The notes under the pieces: model-generated
Told to the model about the DNA's origin: nothing
Databases searched by the model: none
The model's input: only the letters and a program-made list of their open reading frames with translations
In this document: positions 38,087 through 50,600 of the stretch, piece by piece
Layout of the letters: each line of letters starts with the position of its first letter
Position numbering within the stretch: the stretch's first letter is position 1
Assembly (NCBI RefSeq): GCF_963921235.1
Contig: NC_086108.1
Coordinates: 21,390,001 to 21,454,000 of the forward strand
Origin: Mobula hypostoma
Lineage: Eukaryota
Length of the DNA: 64,000 bases
Direction of reading: 5' to 3'
Translations under genes and position numbers: made by a program

Positions 38087-39504
38087 GTTGACTTCCCCAT
38101 TACAACATGGCACAGGAACTGAGAATGTGTTCCAATTGTCAATCACGCTCATTTTCTATTCCCAACTAGAATGAAAAATATTAATTGTTACCAAGCAACA
38201 AAATATTGGTGCTCTACATAACACAATTTTTTTTCATTTTTAACAGTCTTTTGCCCTATTATCCCAGGCTGTTGAATTCTTATAATGCCCCTTTGAGTTA
38301 TTTAACAAAGGTTGAAATCATTCAATGTTAGTTAGGTGGCTGAACAATTTGGAACAAGACAAAAATAAAGTTCAAGTCGGAGGGCATCACTAAATTACAA
38401 CAATAGTGTTTATCTAGCAGAATCCTAGATTGCAGATGCAGTGTTTTCAAATTACTCCTATTCAGGAAGGTTATCACGACTGGTGCTTGAGGACCTCTAT
38501 ATATTTTTTAACTTGACGATTGAATCTTTAACTGTGTTTTGTGTGTAGATTGCAGGCAATGAATGGAGATGTGTCATTCTGTTTTCTTGTGCAAAATCAA
38601 TTTAACATTTGAAATTCTCCCACAGACTTTGTTGGATTTGGTGCAGCTATGAACCATGGTTATGCCAACATACTTCTCATGGCTCTGGTCCACATACAGG
38701 CAAAGAATGACTCAAGCCCCATCACCATTACCAAATGAAAGGCACCTAGGATACAATCTGTCACTAAACATAAATATATCAATGCACATATGGAAGTTGC
38801 ACTAAGGCAAGGGTTATCATAATGTCCAAGACTGCAAATAGAGTGCAGACAGCCCAGTCAAGAAATATCCTTGAAGAGCATAGCTTCCCTTTGCAAATCA
38901 GATTGCTGGAGCCATTTTCACTTACTGGACACAAGATAAGAATATAATGTAAGGATGCCAAACACCCACACTAACTAAGGGACAATTAATTGCTCTATTA
39001 ACTTCAACACATCATCAAATGCAAGCTTGTAGTTTCTATCAATTTTTAATACCTCTATTGTGAATGGTGATCGATTATGCAAGCAAGGAATTCAAACATA
39101 CACATTACCAAATGGCATACTAGTAACACTAGTCAATTTTATATGAAAACAACATTTTTCTGTCTGACTTCAGAACAATGTGGTGACAGGAGCCATGCTG
39201 TTCTACTTGAGGACAAATAAAGTAATATGTAATTGAGGAATGAGTGCAAGTTTTCAGCATCCAGTTAATCAATGATGACAGTTACTTGGAAGCTCCACCA
39301 AGATGGCTAACACTTGTCTTTGTTATACAGCAGAAAAGAATTCAGCCCCAGTAGCTGATCAGTCCTGAATCCTACTGCATACTTGAGCAAAAGACTGAGT
39401 TGGTTGCTGAAATACAAATTTTTTTCCTGTGTGGAGCGGTCAAGGGACGCCAACAGCTTATTTGCTGACAGAGGAAAGCTGCAGTGTAAATACAAAGAGG
39501 GTGC

Positions 39505-40950
39505 CCCAGTCCAGGTTGGATCCCACAGAGGATGTTAAAATAGGATGCTCTTGGCCGGGTCAGATCCCACAGGAGCACAGGAAGAAATTGCCCTGGTCCA
39601 GGATCAGATCTTGCAGGAACATGTTAAACAAAAGAAAATAAGTTGCCCTGGTCCAGGTCAGATCCTATGGCAGCAGAGAAAATAGTCATAGTCATAGTCA
39701 TACTTTATTGATCCCGGGGGAAATTGGATTTTCGTTACAGTTGCTCCATAAATAATAAATAGTAATAGAACCATAAACAGTTAAATAGTAATATGTAAAT
39801 TATGCCAGGAAATAAGTCCAGGACCAGCCTATTGGCGCAGGGTGTCTGACCCTCCAAGGGAATTGTAAAGTTTGATGGCCACAGGCAGGAATGGCTTCCT
39901 ATGACGCTCTGTGTTGCATCTCAGTGGAATGAGTCTCTGGCTGAATCTACTCCTGTGCCCAACCAGTACATTATGTAGTGGATGGGAGACATTGTCTAAG
40001 ATGGCATGCAACTTGGACAGCATACTCTTTTCAGACACCACCGCCAGAGAGTCCAGTTCCATCCCCACAACATCACTGGCCTTACGAATGAGTTTGTTTA
40101 TTCTGTTGGTGTCTGCTACCCTTAGCCTGCTGCTCCAGCACACAACAGCAAACATGATCGCACTGGCCACCACAGACTCGTAGAACATCCTCAGCATCGT
40201 TCAGTAGATGTTAAAGGACCTCAGTCTCCTCAGGAAACAGAGACGGCTCTGACCCTTCTTGTAGACAGCCTCAGTGTTCTTTGACCAGTCCAGTTCATTG
40301 TCAATTTGTATCCCCAGGTATTTGTAATCCTCCACCATGTCCACACTGACCCCCTGGATGGAAACAGGGGTCACCGGTACCTTAGCTCTCCTCAGGTCTA
40401 CCACCAGCTCCTTAGTCTTTTTCACATTAAGCTGCAGATAATTCTGCTCACACCATGTGACAAAGTTTCCTACTGTAGCCCTGCACTCAGTCTCATCTCC
40501 CCTGCTGATGCATCCAACTATGGCAGAGTCATCAGAAAACTTCTGAAGATGACAAGTCTCTATGCAGTAGTTGAAGTTCAAGGTGTAAGTGGTGAAGAGA
40601 AAGGGAGACAAGACAGTCCCCTGTGGAGCCCCAGTGCTGCTGATCACTCTGTCGGACACACAGTGTTGCAAACACACGTACTGTCATCTGCCAGTCAGGT
40701 AATCAAGAATCCATGAAACCAGGAAAGCATCCACCTGCACTGCTGTCAGCTTCTCCCCCAGCAGAGCAGGGCGGATGGTGTTGAGCGCACTGGAGAAGTC
40801 AAAAAACATGACCTTCACAGTGCTCGCTGGCTTGTCCAGGTGGGCGTAGACACGGTTCAGCAGGTAGAGATGATGGCATCCTCAACTCCTAGTCAGGGCT
40901 GGTAAAGAGGTTTCCCCAGTTGGGTCAGATCCCATGGAAGCACAGTAAGT
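39505..40950. repeat. Imperfect ~45-55-bp tandem repeat split by a Rex1 insertion
   Basis: Core CCC(T/A)G..C(A/G)GGTCAGATCCCA occurs four times in 39505-39680 and once at ~40914-40945. Confidence 0.55.
39682..40905 (-). mobile_element. Rex1/Babar LINE RT and 3' end
   Basis: STGAPQGTVLSP, QKFSDD, FLPVAIKLYN; AATAAAGT followed by ATGACT repeats. Confidence 0.9.
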
Positions 40951-41008
40951 GTGTGGTTAAAAAAAATAATTCTGAAATGTGTGTGTCTGTGTGTGCATAT
41001 GTGCCCTG

Positions 41009-41012
<4 letters not shown>

Positions 41013-41052
<40 letters not shown>

Positions 41053-41085
41053 TGAGAGAGACAGAGAGAGAGAAAGGGAGAGAAA
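41013..41085. repeat. (TG)19 microsatellite followed by a GA-rich tract
   Basis: Directly visible. Confidence 0.95.
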
Positions 41086-41655
41086 GGTAGTATAAAAGAT
41101 CCCTGCCCCAGTCTCTAAAAGGACTTCATGTCTGTACATTATGGACCAGAGAGCATTAAGATTGTTGAAGTATATTGCTGGGTGGAATAGACTGTGAGTG
41201 TCTGCAAACATGTTGTTAGAGAAAGGAAAAGAAGAGAAGACTGCAGGGTGGCCTATATTTTTGTTCAATGTAGATGTGAAATGAATAATAGTTGATTGAA
41301 TCCTATAAAAACAAAGCAGAGAATGTGAATAAGAGATACAAAAAGAACAGGCAAAGTATAACAGAGACAATATTTAAAAAGAAACAATTGGCACCAGAGT
41401 CTGAGGATGAACTCAAAGATTACAACCTGTTGTCCCCTTACCTCCTCCAGGCATGGTTTTAACAAAGCCCACACTATGTGGCGCCTCTCGAGTACTTAGT
41501 GAGGCTGGCATCAACTGGTGCCCTGCCACCAGTGGAGGCTCCCAAAGGCACGATGGGAGATGAGAGGTGGAGGGTGCAGAGGGATTGAGCGATATACTGA
41601 TTTAAATGTACCTTGAACTGATCTAATTGGAGCTTTAAGAAAATGTTTCCCACAT

Positions 41656-42236
41656 ATTGTGTGCAGTTTTGGTCCCCTAATCTGAATTGTGTGCAGTTTT
41701 GGTCCCCTAATCTGAGGAAAGACATCTTTGCCATAAAGGGAGTACAAAGAAGGTTCACCAGATTGATTCCTGGGATGGCAGGACTTTCATATGAAGAAAG
41801 ACTGGATGAACTGGGCTTGTACTCGTTGGAATTTAGAAGATTGCGGGGGGATCTGATTGAAACGTATAAGATCCTAAAGGGATTGGACAGGCTAGATGCA
41901 GGAAGATTGTTCCCGACGTTGGGGAAGTCCAGAACGAGGGGTCACAGTTTGAGGATAGAGGGGAAGCCTTTTAGGACCGAGATTAGGAAAAACTTCTTCA
42001 CACAGAGAGTGGTGAATCTGTGGAATTCTCTGCCACAGGAAACTGTTGAGGCCAGTTCATTGGCTATATTTAAGAGGGAGTTACATATGGCCCTTGTGGC
42101 TACGGGGGTCAGGGGGTATGGAGGGAAGGCTGGGGCGGGGTTCTGAGTTGGATGATCAGCCATGATCATAATAAATGGCGGTGCAGGCTCAAAGGGCCGA
42201 ATGGCCTACTCCTGCACCTATTTTCTATGTTTCTAT
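41656..42236 (+). mobile_element. Young CR1, 5'-truncated, with a 30-bp tandem duplication at its 5' end
   Basis: ORF 41643-42146; ATTGTGTGCAGTTTTGGTCCCCTAATCTGA occurs twice. Confidence 0.95.
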
Positions 42237-42439
42237 AATGTAGAATGGCATAAGATACACTGTCATATAATAGTCAACAATGTTAATAGGGGTCTTACTT
42301 AAAAACAGTAGCCAGTGCGCAGGAAGCATCAGAGGCATTGGCTGCAGTGGAAGGCAGGCGGAGCACCACAAACGTGATGAGTTCTTTCTTCTTGCATGGG
42401 AGTTTATTATTTTTTTTAAACCATAAAAAAGAGATAGGG

Positions 42440-43930
42440 TCTAGTGGAGCGGCCAACATCAGAGTGGGGGCTGGGAACTTAGAGGCTTTGATGAGAAGAG
42501 GCTGAGGTCAAAGAAACAGACGAGAGGATAGGGTTTTCCTTTCATTATTTGGTCTTGGTCATAGTACAGTGCAGGCAGGATGGCAGATATGGCAGTGGAA
42601 TGCTCCTCCTGTAGGATGTGGGAATTCATGGAACCTGATGGTCTCCCAGATAACTACACCTGGGGGCTGTGCAGCCAACTCCAGTTCCTTAAAGTCCACA
42701 GTAAGAAGATGGAGATGGAGTTGGATGAACTAAGGAGCTACAGCTGCAGTTGGATGAACTAAGGATCATCCTGGAGGCAGAGCAATTGATAGATAAGACC
42801 TTTGAGCAGCGGGTTACACCCAGAGTGCAGAATTCAGGGAGTAGATGGGTGAACACTGAGAGAGGTAAAGGGAGAAGGAAGTCAGTGCAGGATCCCCATC
42901 CCCCTGTGGCCATTCACCTCAGTAACAGGTATACTTTCGATACTGATGAGGGGTTGAACTACCTGGACAAGGCGGCAGCAGCCAGACCAATAGTTATTGG
43001 GGACTTGATAGTTAGGGGACAGATAGAAGATTCTGTGGCAGCAAAACAGACGCCAGGATAGTGTGTTGCTTCCCGGGTGCTAGGGTCCAGGATGTCTCTG
43101 AGAGATTACAGAATATCCTTGAAGGGAGGTGAGCAGCCAGAGGTTGTGGTACATACTGGTACCAGTGACATAGGCAGGAGAGGGGTAGAGGTCCTGTGCA
43201 GTAAGTTTAGGGAGTTAGGAAGGAGGCTGAAGAGCGGGACCTCCAAGATGATATTCTCCAGATTACTCCCAGTGTAACGAGCTAGGGAAGGTCAAACCAG
43301 GAAGATAGTGCAGACAAATGAGTGACTGAGGAGATGGTACAGGGAGCAGGGTTTCAAGTCATTGGATCATTGGAACCTTTTCTGGGGAAGGGGTGACCTG
43401 TACAAGTGTGACAGGTTGCACCTGAACTGGAGGGGAACCAATATCCTGGGAGAGAGGTTTGCTAATGCTATTGGGGAGGGCTTAAACTAGATTTGCAGGG
43501 GGGTGGGAATCGGTGAAGAGGCAGAGGATGGGATGGTTGGCACACAAGTTGAGACAGCTTGTAGGGAGTTTATGAGGAAGGATAGGTAGACAAAACAGAA
43601 CAAACGTACTCAACCAGATGGTTTGAGATGTGTCTATTTTAATGCAAGGGGTATCATAAACAAGGCGAACATAACTTAGAGTGTGGGTCAATACGTGGAA
43701 CTATGACGATGTGGCCATCGCAGAGACTTGGATATCTCGGGAGCAGGAATGGCTGCTGAGTGTGCTGGGCTTTAGATGTTTCAAAAAGGACAGGGAGGGA
43801 GCCAAAAAAGGTGGGGAGGTGGCATTGCTAATCAAGGATAGTATCACGGCTACAGAAAAGGAGGGATTGTCATGGAGGGATTGTCTACTAAGTCAGTGTG
43901 GGTGGAAGTCAGAAACAGGAAGGGGTCAAT
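42440..43930 (+). mobile_element. Old CR1 5' region: ORF1 (zinc finger + SGNH esterase) and start of APE
   Basis: VECSSCRMWE..CSQLQ; VIGDLIVRG; VVHTGTSDIG; LHLN; AIAETW; start coordinate approximate. Confidence 0.8.
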
Positions 43931-45932
43931 AACTTTGAAGGTATGAGACGTGAATTAGCTAAGATAGACTGGCAAATGACACTTAAAGGATTGACGGTGG
44001 ATATGCAATGGCAAGCATTTAAAGGTTGCATGGATGAACTACAACAATTGTTCATCCCAGTTTGGCAAAAGAATAAATCAAGAAAGGTAGTGCACCCGTG
44101 GCTGACAAGAGAAATTAGGGATAGTATCAATTCCAAAGAAGAAGCATACAAATTAGCCAGAGAAAGTGGCTCACCTGAGGACTGGGAGAAATTCAGAGTT
44201 CAGCAGAGGAGGACAAAGGGCTTAATTAGGAAGGGGAAAAAAGATTATGAGAGAAAACTGGCAGGGAACATAAAAACGGACTGTAAAAGCTTTTATAGAT
44301 ATGTAAAAAGGAAAAGACTGGTAAAGACAAATGTAGGTCCCCTGCAGACAGAAACAGGTGAATTGATTATGGGGAGCAAGGACATGGCAGACCAATTGAA
44401 TAATTACTTTGGTTCTGTCTTCACTAAGGAGGACATAAATAATCTTCCAGAAATAGTAAGGGACAGAGGGTCCAGTGAGATGGAGGAACTGAGCGAAATA
44501 CATGTTAGTAGGGAAGTGGTGTTAGGTAAATTGAAGGGATTGAAGGCAGATCAATCCCCAGGGCCAGATGGTCTGCATCCTAGAGTGCTTAAGGAAGTAG
44601 CCCAAGAAATAGTGGATGCATTAGTGATAATTTTTCAAAACTCGTTAGATTCTGGACTAGTTCCTGAGGATTGGAGGGTGGCTAATGTAACCCCACTTTT
44701 TAAAAAAGGAGGGAGAGAGAAACCGGGGAATTATAGACCGGTTAGCCTAACGTCGGTGGTGGGGAAACTGCTGGAGTCAGTTATCAAGGATGTGATAACA
44801 GCACATTTGGAAAGCGGTGAAATGATCGGACAAAGTCAGCATGGATTTGTGAAAGGAAAATCATGTCTGACGAATCTCATAGAATTTTTTGAGGATGTAA
44901 CTAGTAGAGTGGATAGGGGAGAACCAGTGGATGTGGTATATTTGGATTTTCAAAAGGCTTTTGACAAGGTCCCACACAGGAGATTAGTGTGCAAACTTAA
45001 AGCACATGGTATTGGGGGTAAGGTATTGATGTGGATAGAGAATTGGTTGGCAGACAGGATGCAAAGAGTGGGAATAAACGGGACCTTTTCAGAATGGCAG
45101 GCAGTGACTAGTGGGGTACCGCAAGGCTCAGTGCTGGGACCCCAGTTGTTTACAATATGTATTAATGACTTGGATGAGGGAATTAAATGCAGCATCTCCA
45201 CGTTTGCGGATGACACGAAGCTGGGCGGCAGTGTTAGCTGTGAGGAGGATGCAGGGTGACTTGGATAGGTTGGGTGAGTGGGCGAATTCGTGGCAGATGC
45301 AATTTAATGTGGATAAATGTGAAGTTATCCACTTTGGTGGCAAAAATAGGAAAACAGATTATTATCTGAATGGTGGCCGATTAGGAAAAGGGGAGGTGCA
45401 ACGAGACCTGGGTGTCATTATACACCAGTCATTTAAAGTGGGCATGCAGGTACAGCAGGCGGTGAAAAAGGCGAATGGTATGCTGGCATTTATAGCGAGA
45501 GGATTCGAGTACAGGAGCAGGGAGGTACTACTGCAGTTGTACAAGGCCTTGGTGAGACCACACCTGGAGTACTGTGTGCAGTTTTGGTCCCCTAATCTGA
45601 GGAAAGACATCCTTGCCATAGAGGGTGTACAAAGAAGGTTCACCAGATTGATTCCTGGGATGGCAGGACTTTCATATGATGAAAGACTGGATGAATTGGG
45701 CTTGTACTCGTTGGAATTTAGAAGATTGAGGGGGGATCTGATTGAAACGTATAAGATCCTAAAGGGATTGGACAGGCTAGATGCAGGAAGATTGTTCCCG
45801 ATGTTGGGGAAGTCCAGAACGAGGGGTCACAGTTTGAGGATAGAGGGGAAGCCTTTTAGGACCGAGATTAGGAAAAACTTCTTAACACAGAGAGGGCCGA
45901 ATGGCCTACTCCTGCACCTATTTTCTATGTTT
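43931..45932 (+). mobile_element. Young CR1 RT pseudogene with an internal 3' deletion
   Basis: ORFs 43898-45259 and 45111-45977; sequence jumps from CAGAGAG to GGCCGAATGG at ~45894. Confidence 0.95.
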
Positions 45933-46544
45933 AATAAGTCCCTGTCTATCCAAATGCTTGTAGATTCTGTCTCTTAATACTCCCTCCAATAACTTACCCA
46001 GTACCGTCAAACTTACCGGCCTATAATTTCCCGGATTACTTTTCGATCCTCTTTTAAACAACGGAACAACATGAGCTACTCTCCAGTCCTCCAGCACCTC
46101 ACCCGTAGACACCGACATTTTAAATATATCTGCCAGGGCCCCCGCAATTTCAACACTAGTCTCCTTCAAGGTCCGAGGGAATACCCTGTCAGGTCCTGGG
46201 GATTTATCCACTTTAATTTGCCTCAAGGTAGCAAGCACCTCCTCCTTTTCAATCTGTACAGTTTCCATGATCTCACTACTTGTTTCCCTTAATTCCATAG
46301 ATTTCATGCCAGTTTCCTTAGTAAATATAGACACAAAAAACCCATTTAAGATCTCCCCCATTTCTTTTGGTTCCGCACATAGCCGACCACTCTGATCTTC
46401 AGGAGGACCAATTTTATCCCTTACAATCCTTTTACTCTTAATATACCTGTAAAAGCCCTTTGGATTATCCTTCACTTTGACTGCCAAGGCAACCTCATGT
46501 CTTCTTTTAGCCCTCCTGATTTCTTTCTTAAGTATTTTCTTGCA
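45933..46544 (-). mobile_element. CR1 ORF2 internal fragment (another family)
   Basis: ORF 45918-46487: [14 protein letters not shown]. Confidence 0.9.
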
Positions 46545-47456
46545 TCGCCTCTGATCTGGGCCAACATTTATGTGCCGGGCGGCACCTAATTAATTAGCAT
46601 GTTTATTTCGGCATTTTTCTTAAAGATGTGCTGTGTGCCTCCCGGCTACCGCTGCTTTCTCCGCGAATCGGTATCTGTCCATGGCCTGGGAGTCGGGGTG
46701 GTGGGACACTGAGGTGTCATCTCGTGTTCTGTTTCCATTAGAGCAGGCAGCTCATCTTCTCCTATGACCGCCCGCCTCGATGTCAAAGGTCGAGGTTCGT
46801 CGTCTGCTGTGGCTGATGTGGAAGGCTTGCTTGACTGCTGAGCCTCGCGCATTTTTCTATCATACAGTTCTTTGTAAGCACTCAAACCATTCTGCAAATA
46901 TCCCCTAAACCGATGTATCCTTTCAAAATTAAAGTCATACTTTATCATTGCAGCGAAAATCTCACGCAGTTGCTTCACGTTCGGTTCGCTACAGCATTCG
47001 GTTTCGATTGTTATCCTTTCCTCTTCCAATTGCATCAGCTCTTCATCTATCAGTTCTTGGTCATGGGATGCCAAAACCTCTTCAACATCATATTCGTCAG
47101 CTTCCACAAGCCAAACTCACTTTGTCCTTACTTCGTTCACCACAATCGAAATGCTTAACTATGTCTAGTTTTACGCTCAGTGTAACACCTTTACGAGCTC
47201 TTTCAGGCTTTTCCGTCACCTTAGAACTTATCTTGCAAACGGCTGCTCACAGGCACGTCCTTAAGCAATGCTGACGAGATTGCAGTTCCGAATCCGGGGG
47301 AGAGCAGCTGCTCGGGTGTGCGCTGCCTTTTCTCACGCGCTGATTTTTTTCGTAACAGTGAAAACACCTTCTGTTAGCGAAAACAGGGTACGAATGTAGG
47401 TCTTTCGTAACAATTAGGTTTCGTAAAGCGAACATTCCAAAAGTGGGGGACACCTG
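46545..47456 (-). mobile_element. Tigger/pogo derivative (N-terminus fused to acidic C-terminus), one end missing
   Basis: 47140-47456 is similar to 30060-30369; ACCTG|TA end; ORF 46646-47107 EEVLASHDQELIDEELMQL. Confidence 0.8.
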
Positions 47457-47645
47457 TACATGCATAGCTTAGCTTCCAGAGATGTTAGGCTCAATAGTCT
47501 ACAGTTCTCAGGTTATTCTTTGCTGCCCTCCTTAAATAAAGTTTCCTGGGGAATAATCATGTATATATCTCAGCAAGGACGCCCACAATTCCAGTTTCCC
47601 ACAGTCCTCCTGCATTTTTCAGATTAGATCAGATTTTCTTTAACG

Positions 47646-50600
47646 AAAGATAGCGCCGGTAACTGGCGACTTCGCGCGTGCTCTCCTGAGCAACCTGCCC
47701 TCTCCACTATCCTATACCCGAGAAACCCTTCTAAACCTCCAATCTGCTACACCTAGCAAGATCAACAACACTCTGGCGAAGCTACTGAGAGACCAGCTGG
47801 AGACCACCGCGCCAGAATTGCTTCTTAAACTCCGGACCACGCCTGGAACCGACCAGTGAGGCCCACCACGTCCCCGGAGGCCCGCAGTCTGCTACCGTGC
47901 CGGAGCGCTTGGAGACACGGCCCATTCTGACCAGCACCTCTTCGGAGCAGACGACCACACAGAAGTGACGGCGGAGACCTCAAGGTGCCCCAGACGCTTC
48001 CCCAGAGCAACCACCGTAAAGCCCTGTTGGTAGCCATCCACAGCTGCCAGAAGTGAGGCCTCTGCCACTGACCTCGGAAATCGAGCCCAAGGCTTGGCTG
48101 GAGCGGAGGCCTCCGCAACTGTGACTCGGCTTATGGACTTGTTTCAGCCAGGATCCCGGCCATCCAGGATTAAGTGTCGGCTTCGGTTCCGACCCAATCG
48201 ACAGCCCGGGCCCCCAGCAGCTGGGGGTGGCAGCGGAGCCTCCCCCATCACTTGGCCCAACCCGGAGCGCCTGACAACGCGACCCACCGATCGATCCCCG
48301 TGGGATGCGTCCACCAACCTCAAAGAGCTGACAACAACACACTGCATCGATGGAAACCTGGAAAGATGCACTATTTACTGAGGAAGCGTGGGAAAAGAGC
48401 TGGGCTGCTGGTGAGATTGAAGCTGAGGGGCTTCAGGGTCCCTATGCCCACCATCCTACTAGCTAATGTGCAAGCCATAGAGCAGGGGTCCCCAACTTTT
48501 TTCGCACTGTGGACCTGTTTCATATTAGCAATATTCTTGCGGACCGGCCAGTGGGGGGGGAGGGGGGTAGTGTTGCCATCAAATACGTTGGGTTTACCCG
48601 GAGAAAGACTACAATGACCATGAAGCCTTGTGTGGGCACCAGTGCGCATGCGTAATTTGCGCGTACGTATACGTGCTGATTTTTTTCTACAAATCGGTTT
48701 TGGCGATTCTGTCGGGGGGTGTAAATCACGAACGCAATATAGGTGATAAGTGGCTAATATACTCAATTTCGTTTCTAAAAGGCTTTATCTAACGAATTTA
48801 ATATTAAACACACAGCGCATACTTTCCTCGCATGAATATAGCGATAAGTTAATTATCAGGGGAGCTTGAAGTAAGTGTTGAACGAACTTCCAGTAGAAGT
48901 GGTAGAGGCAGCTTCGATATTATCATTTAAAGAAAAATTGGATAGGTATATGGACAGGAAAGGAATGGAGGGTTATGGGCTGAGTGCAGGTCGGCGGGAC
49001 TAGGTGAGAGTAGCGTTTGACACGGACTAGAAGGGCAGAGATCGCCTATTTCCCTGCTGTAATTGTTATATGGTTATATAAGTCAATAGCATCATAACAT
49101 TTTAAGTAACATTTGGATAGTAAACACACAGCACATATTTTCCCCATATGAACATATAAAATCATTGCAACACACCAATATCACTGAACCAGTGGGAGCC
49201 CTGGGCTTGTTTCCCTGCAACAAGACAGTCCTATCGAGGGGTGATGGGAGACGATACTTGAAGGAGGTTCCTTATGTCCAGTCTATTCAGCAATTTAGTT
49301 TTCGTTGCATTCATTGCAGAGATATGTTGGAAATGGAAGCAACGTTTTCAGTTCTTTCGTGGCCATCTCAGGATATTTAGCCATGACTTTGATCCAGAAT
49401 GCCAGCAGAGATGTTATGTCAAACATGCTTTTCAGCCCGTCGTCATTTGCAAGCTCGAGGAGTTGATCTCCTTGCCGCGCTGACACGGATAATGACCTCG
49501 CATGCATGCGTAACAGTGGCCGTGACAGGGAATGAGGAAAGGTGCAGCTGACTCATATCGCCAAGTCATATCGTTTCCTCGCGACCCGGTAGCGCATGCT
49601 TTGCGGCCCGGTGGTTGGGGACCGCTGCCATAGAGAACAAGGTGGATAATCTTAAGGGAGACTCACCTACTGCAGGGAGGTGCAGAACTGCTGTGTATTC
49701 TGTTTCTCCGAGACCTGGCTCTCTCCTGCCACCCCCAACTGTGCCATCCGACTGGAGGGATTTTCGATCCATCGGATGGACCACACGGCGTCTTCGGGCA
49801 AGACGAGGGGAGGTGGAGTCTGCCTACTGATCAACACTGGGTGGTGCTCGGACACAGTGGCGCTGACAAGCTCCTGCAGCCCGGACCTGGAACACCTGTC
49901 AGTGAAGTGTTGTCCCTACTATCTGCCACGGGAATTCACCTCGCTCATACTGAGAGTGGTCTACATTCCCCCCCAAGCAGACGTGGAGTGTGCTCTGAAC
50001 ATACTGTATGCAAACATCAGTGAACTTGAGACCAGGTATCCGGAGGTTTTGCTCATTACAGCTGGGGACTTTAACCAGGCCAACCTCAGAAAGGCGCTGC
50101 CAAAGTTATACCAACATGTCTCCTGCCCCACTAGAGGCCCGAATATACTTGACCACTGCTACACAGCAGTCAAGGATGCCTACCATTCCGTCCCACGACC
50201 CCACTTTAGAAAATTGGACCATCAGGCCATACTCCTCCTCCTGGCTTACAAACAGAAACTGAAGCAGGAGGTCACGGTGTCAAAAGTAGTGTTGTGTTGG
50301 ACAGAGGAAACGGATGAGGTTCTCCGTGACTGCTTTGAATCGGTGGACTGGTTAGTATTCAAGGACTCGGCAGCTAACCTCGATGAGTATGCCTCAGCTG
50401 TCACGGACTTTATTTGGAAATGCACGGAGGACTGTGTGTCTCGCAGGACGATCCTAACCGGAAACCTTGGATGAATTATGAGGTCAAGTCCCTTTTAAAG
50501 GATAGAGCTGCAGCTTTTAGGTCCGGGGATACCAGTCACTACACGGAATCCAGGCGTGAACTCCGGAAAGTCATTAAGGGCGCCAAGAGGCATTACTGAG

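Noticed and set aside
39505..39680. Repeat-spacer pattern as a CRISPR array
   Set aside because: Vertebrate intronic context, degenerate repeats, no cas genes.
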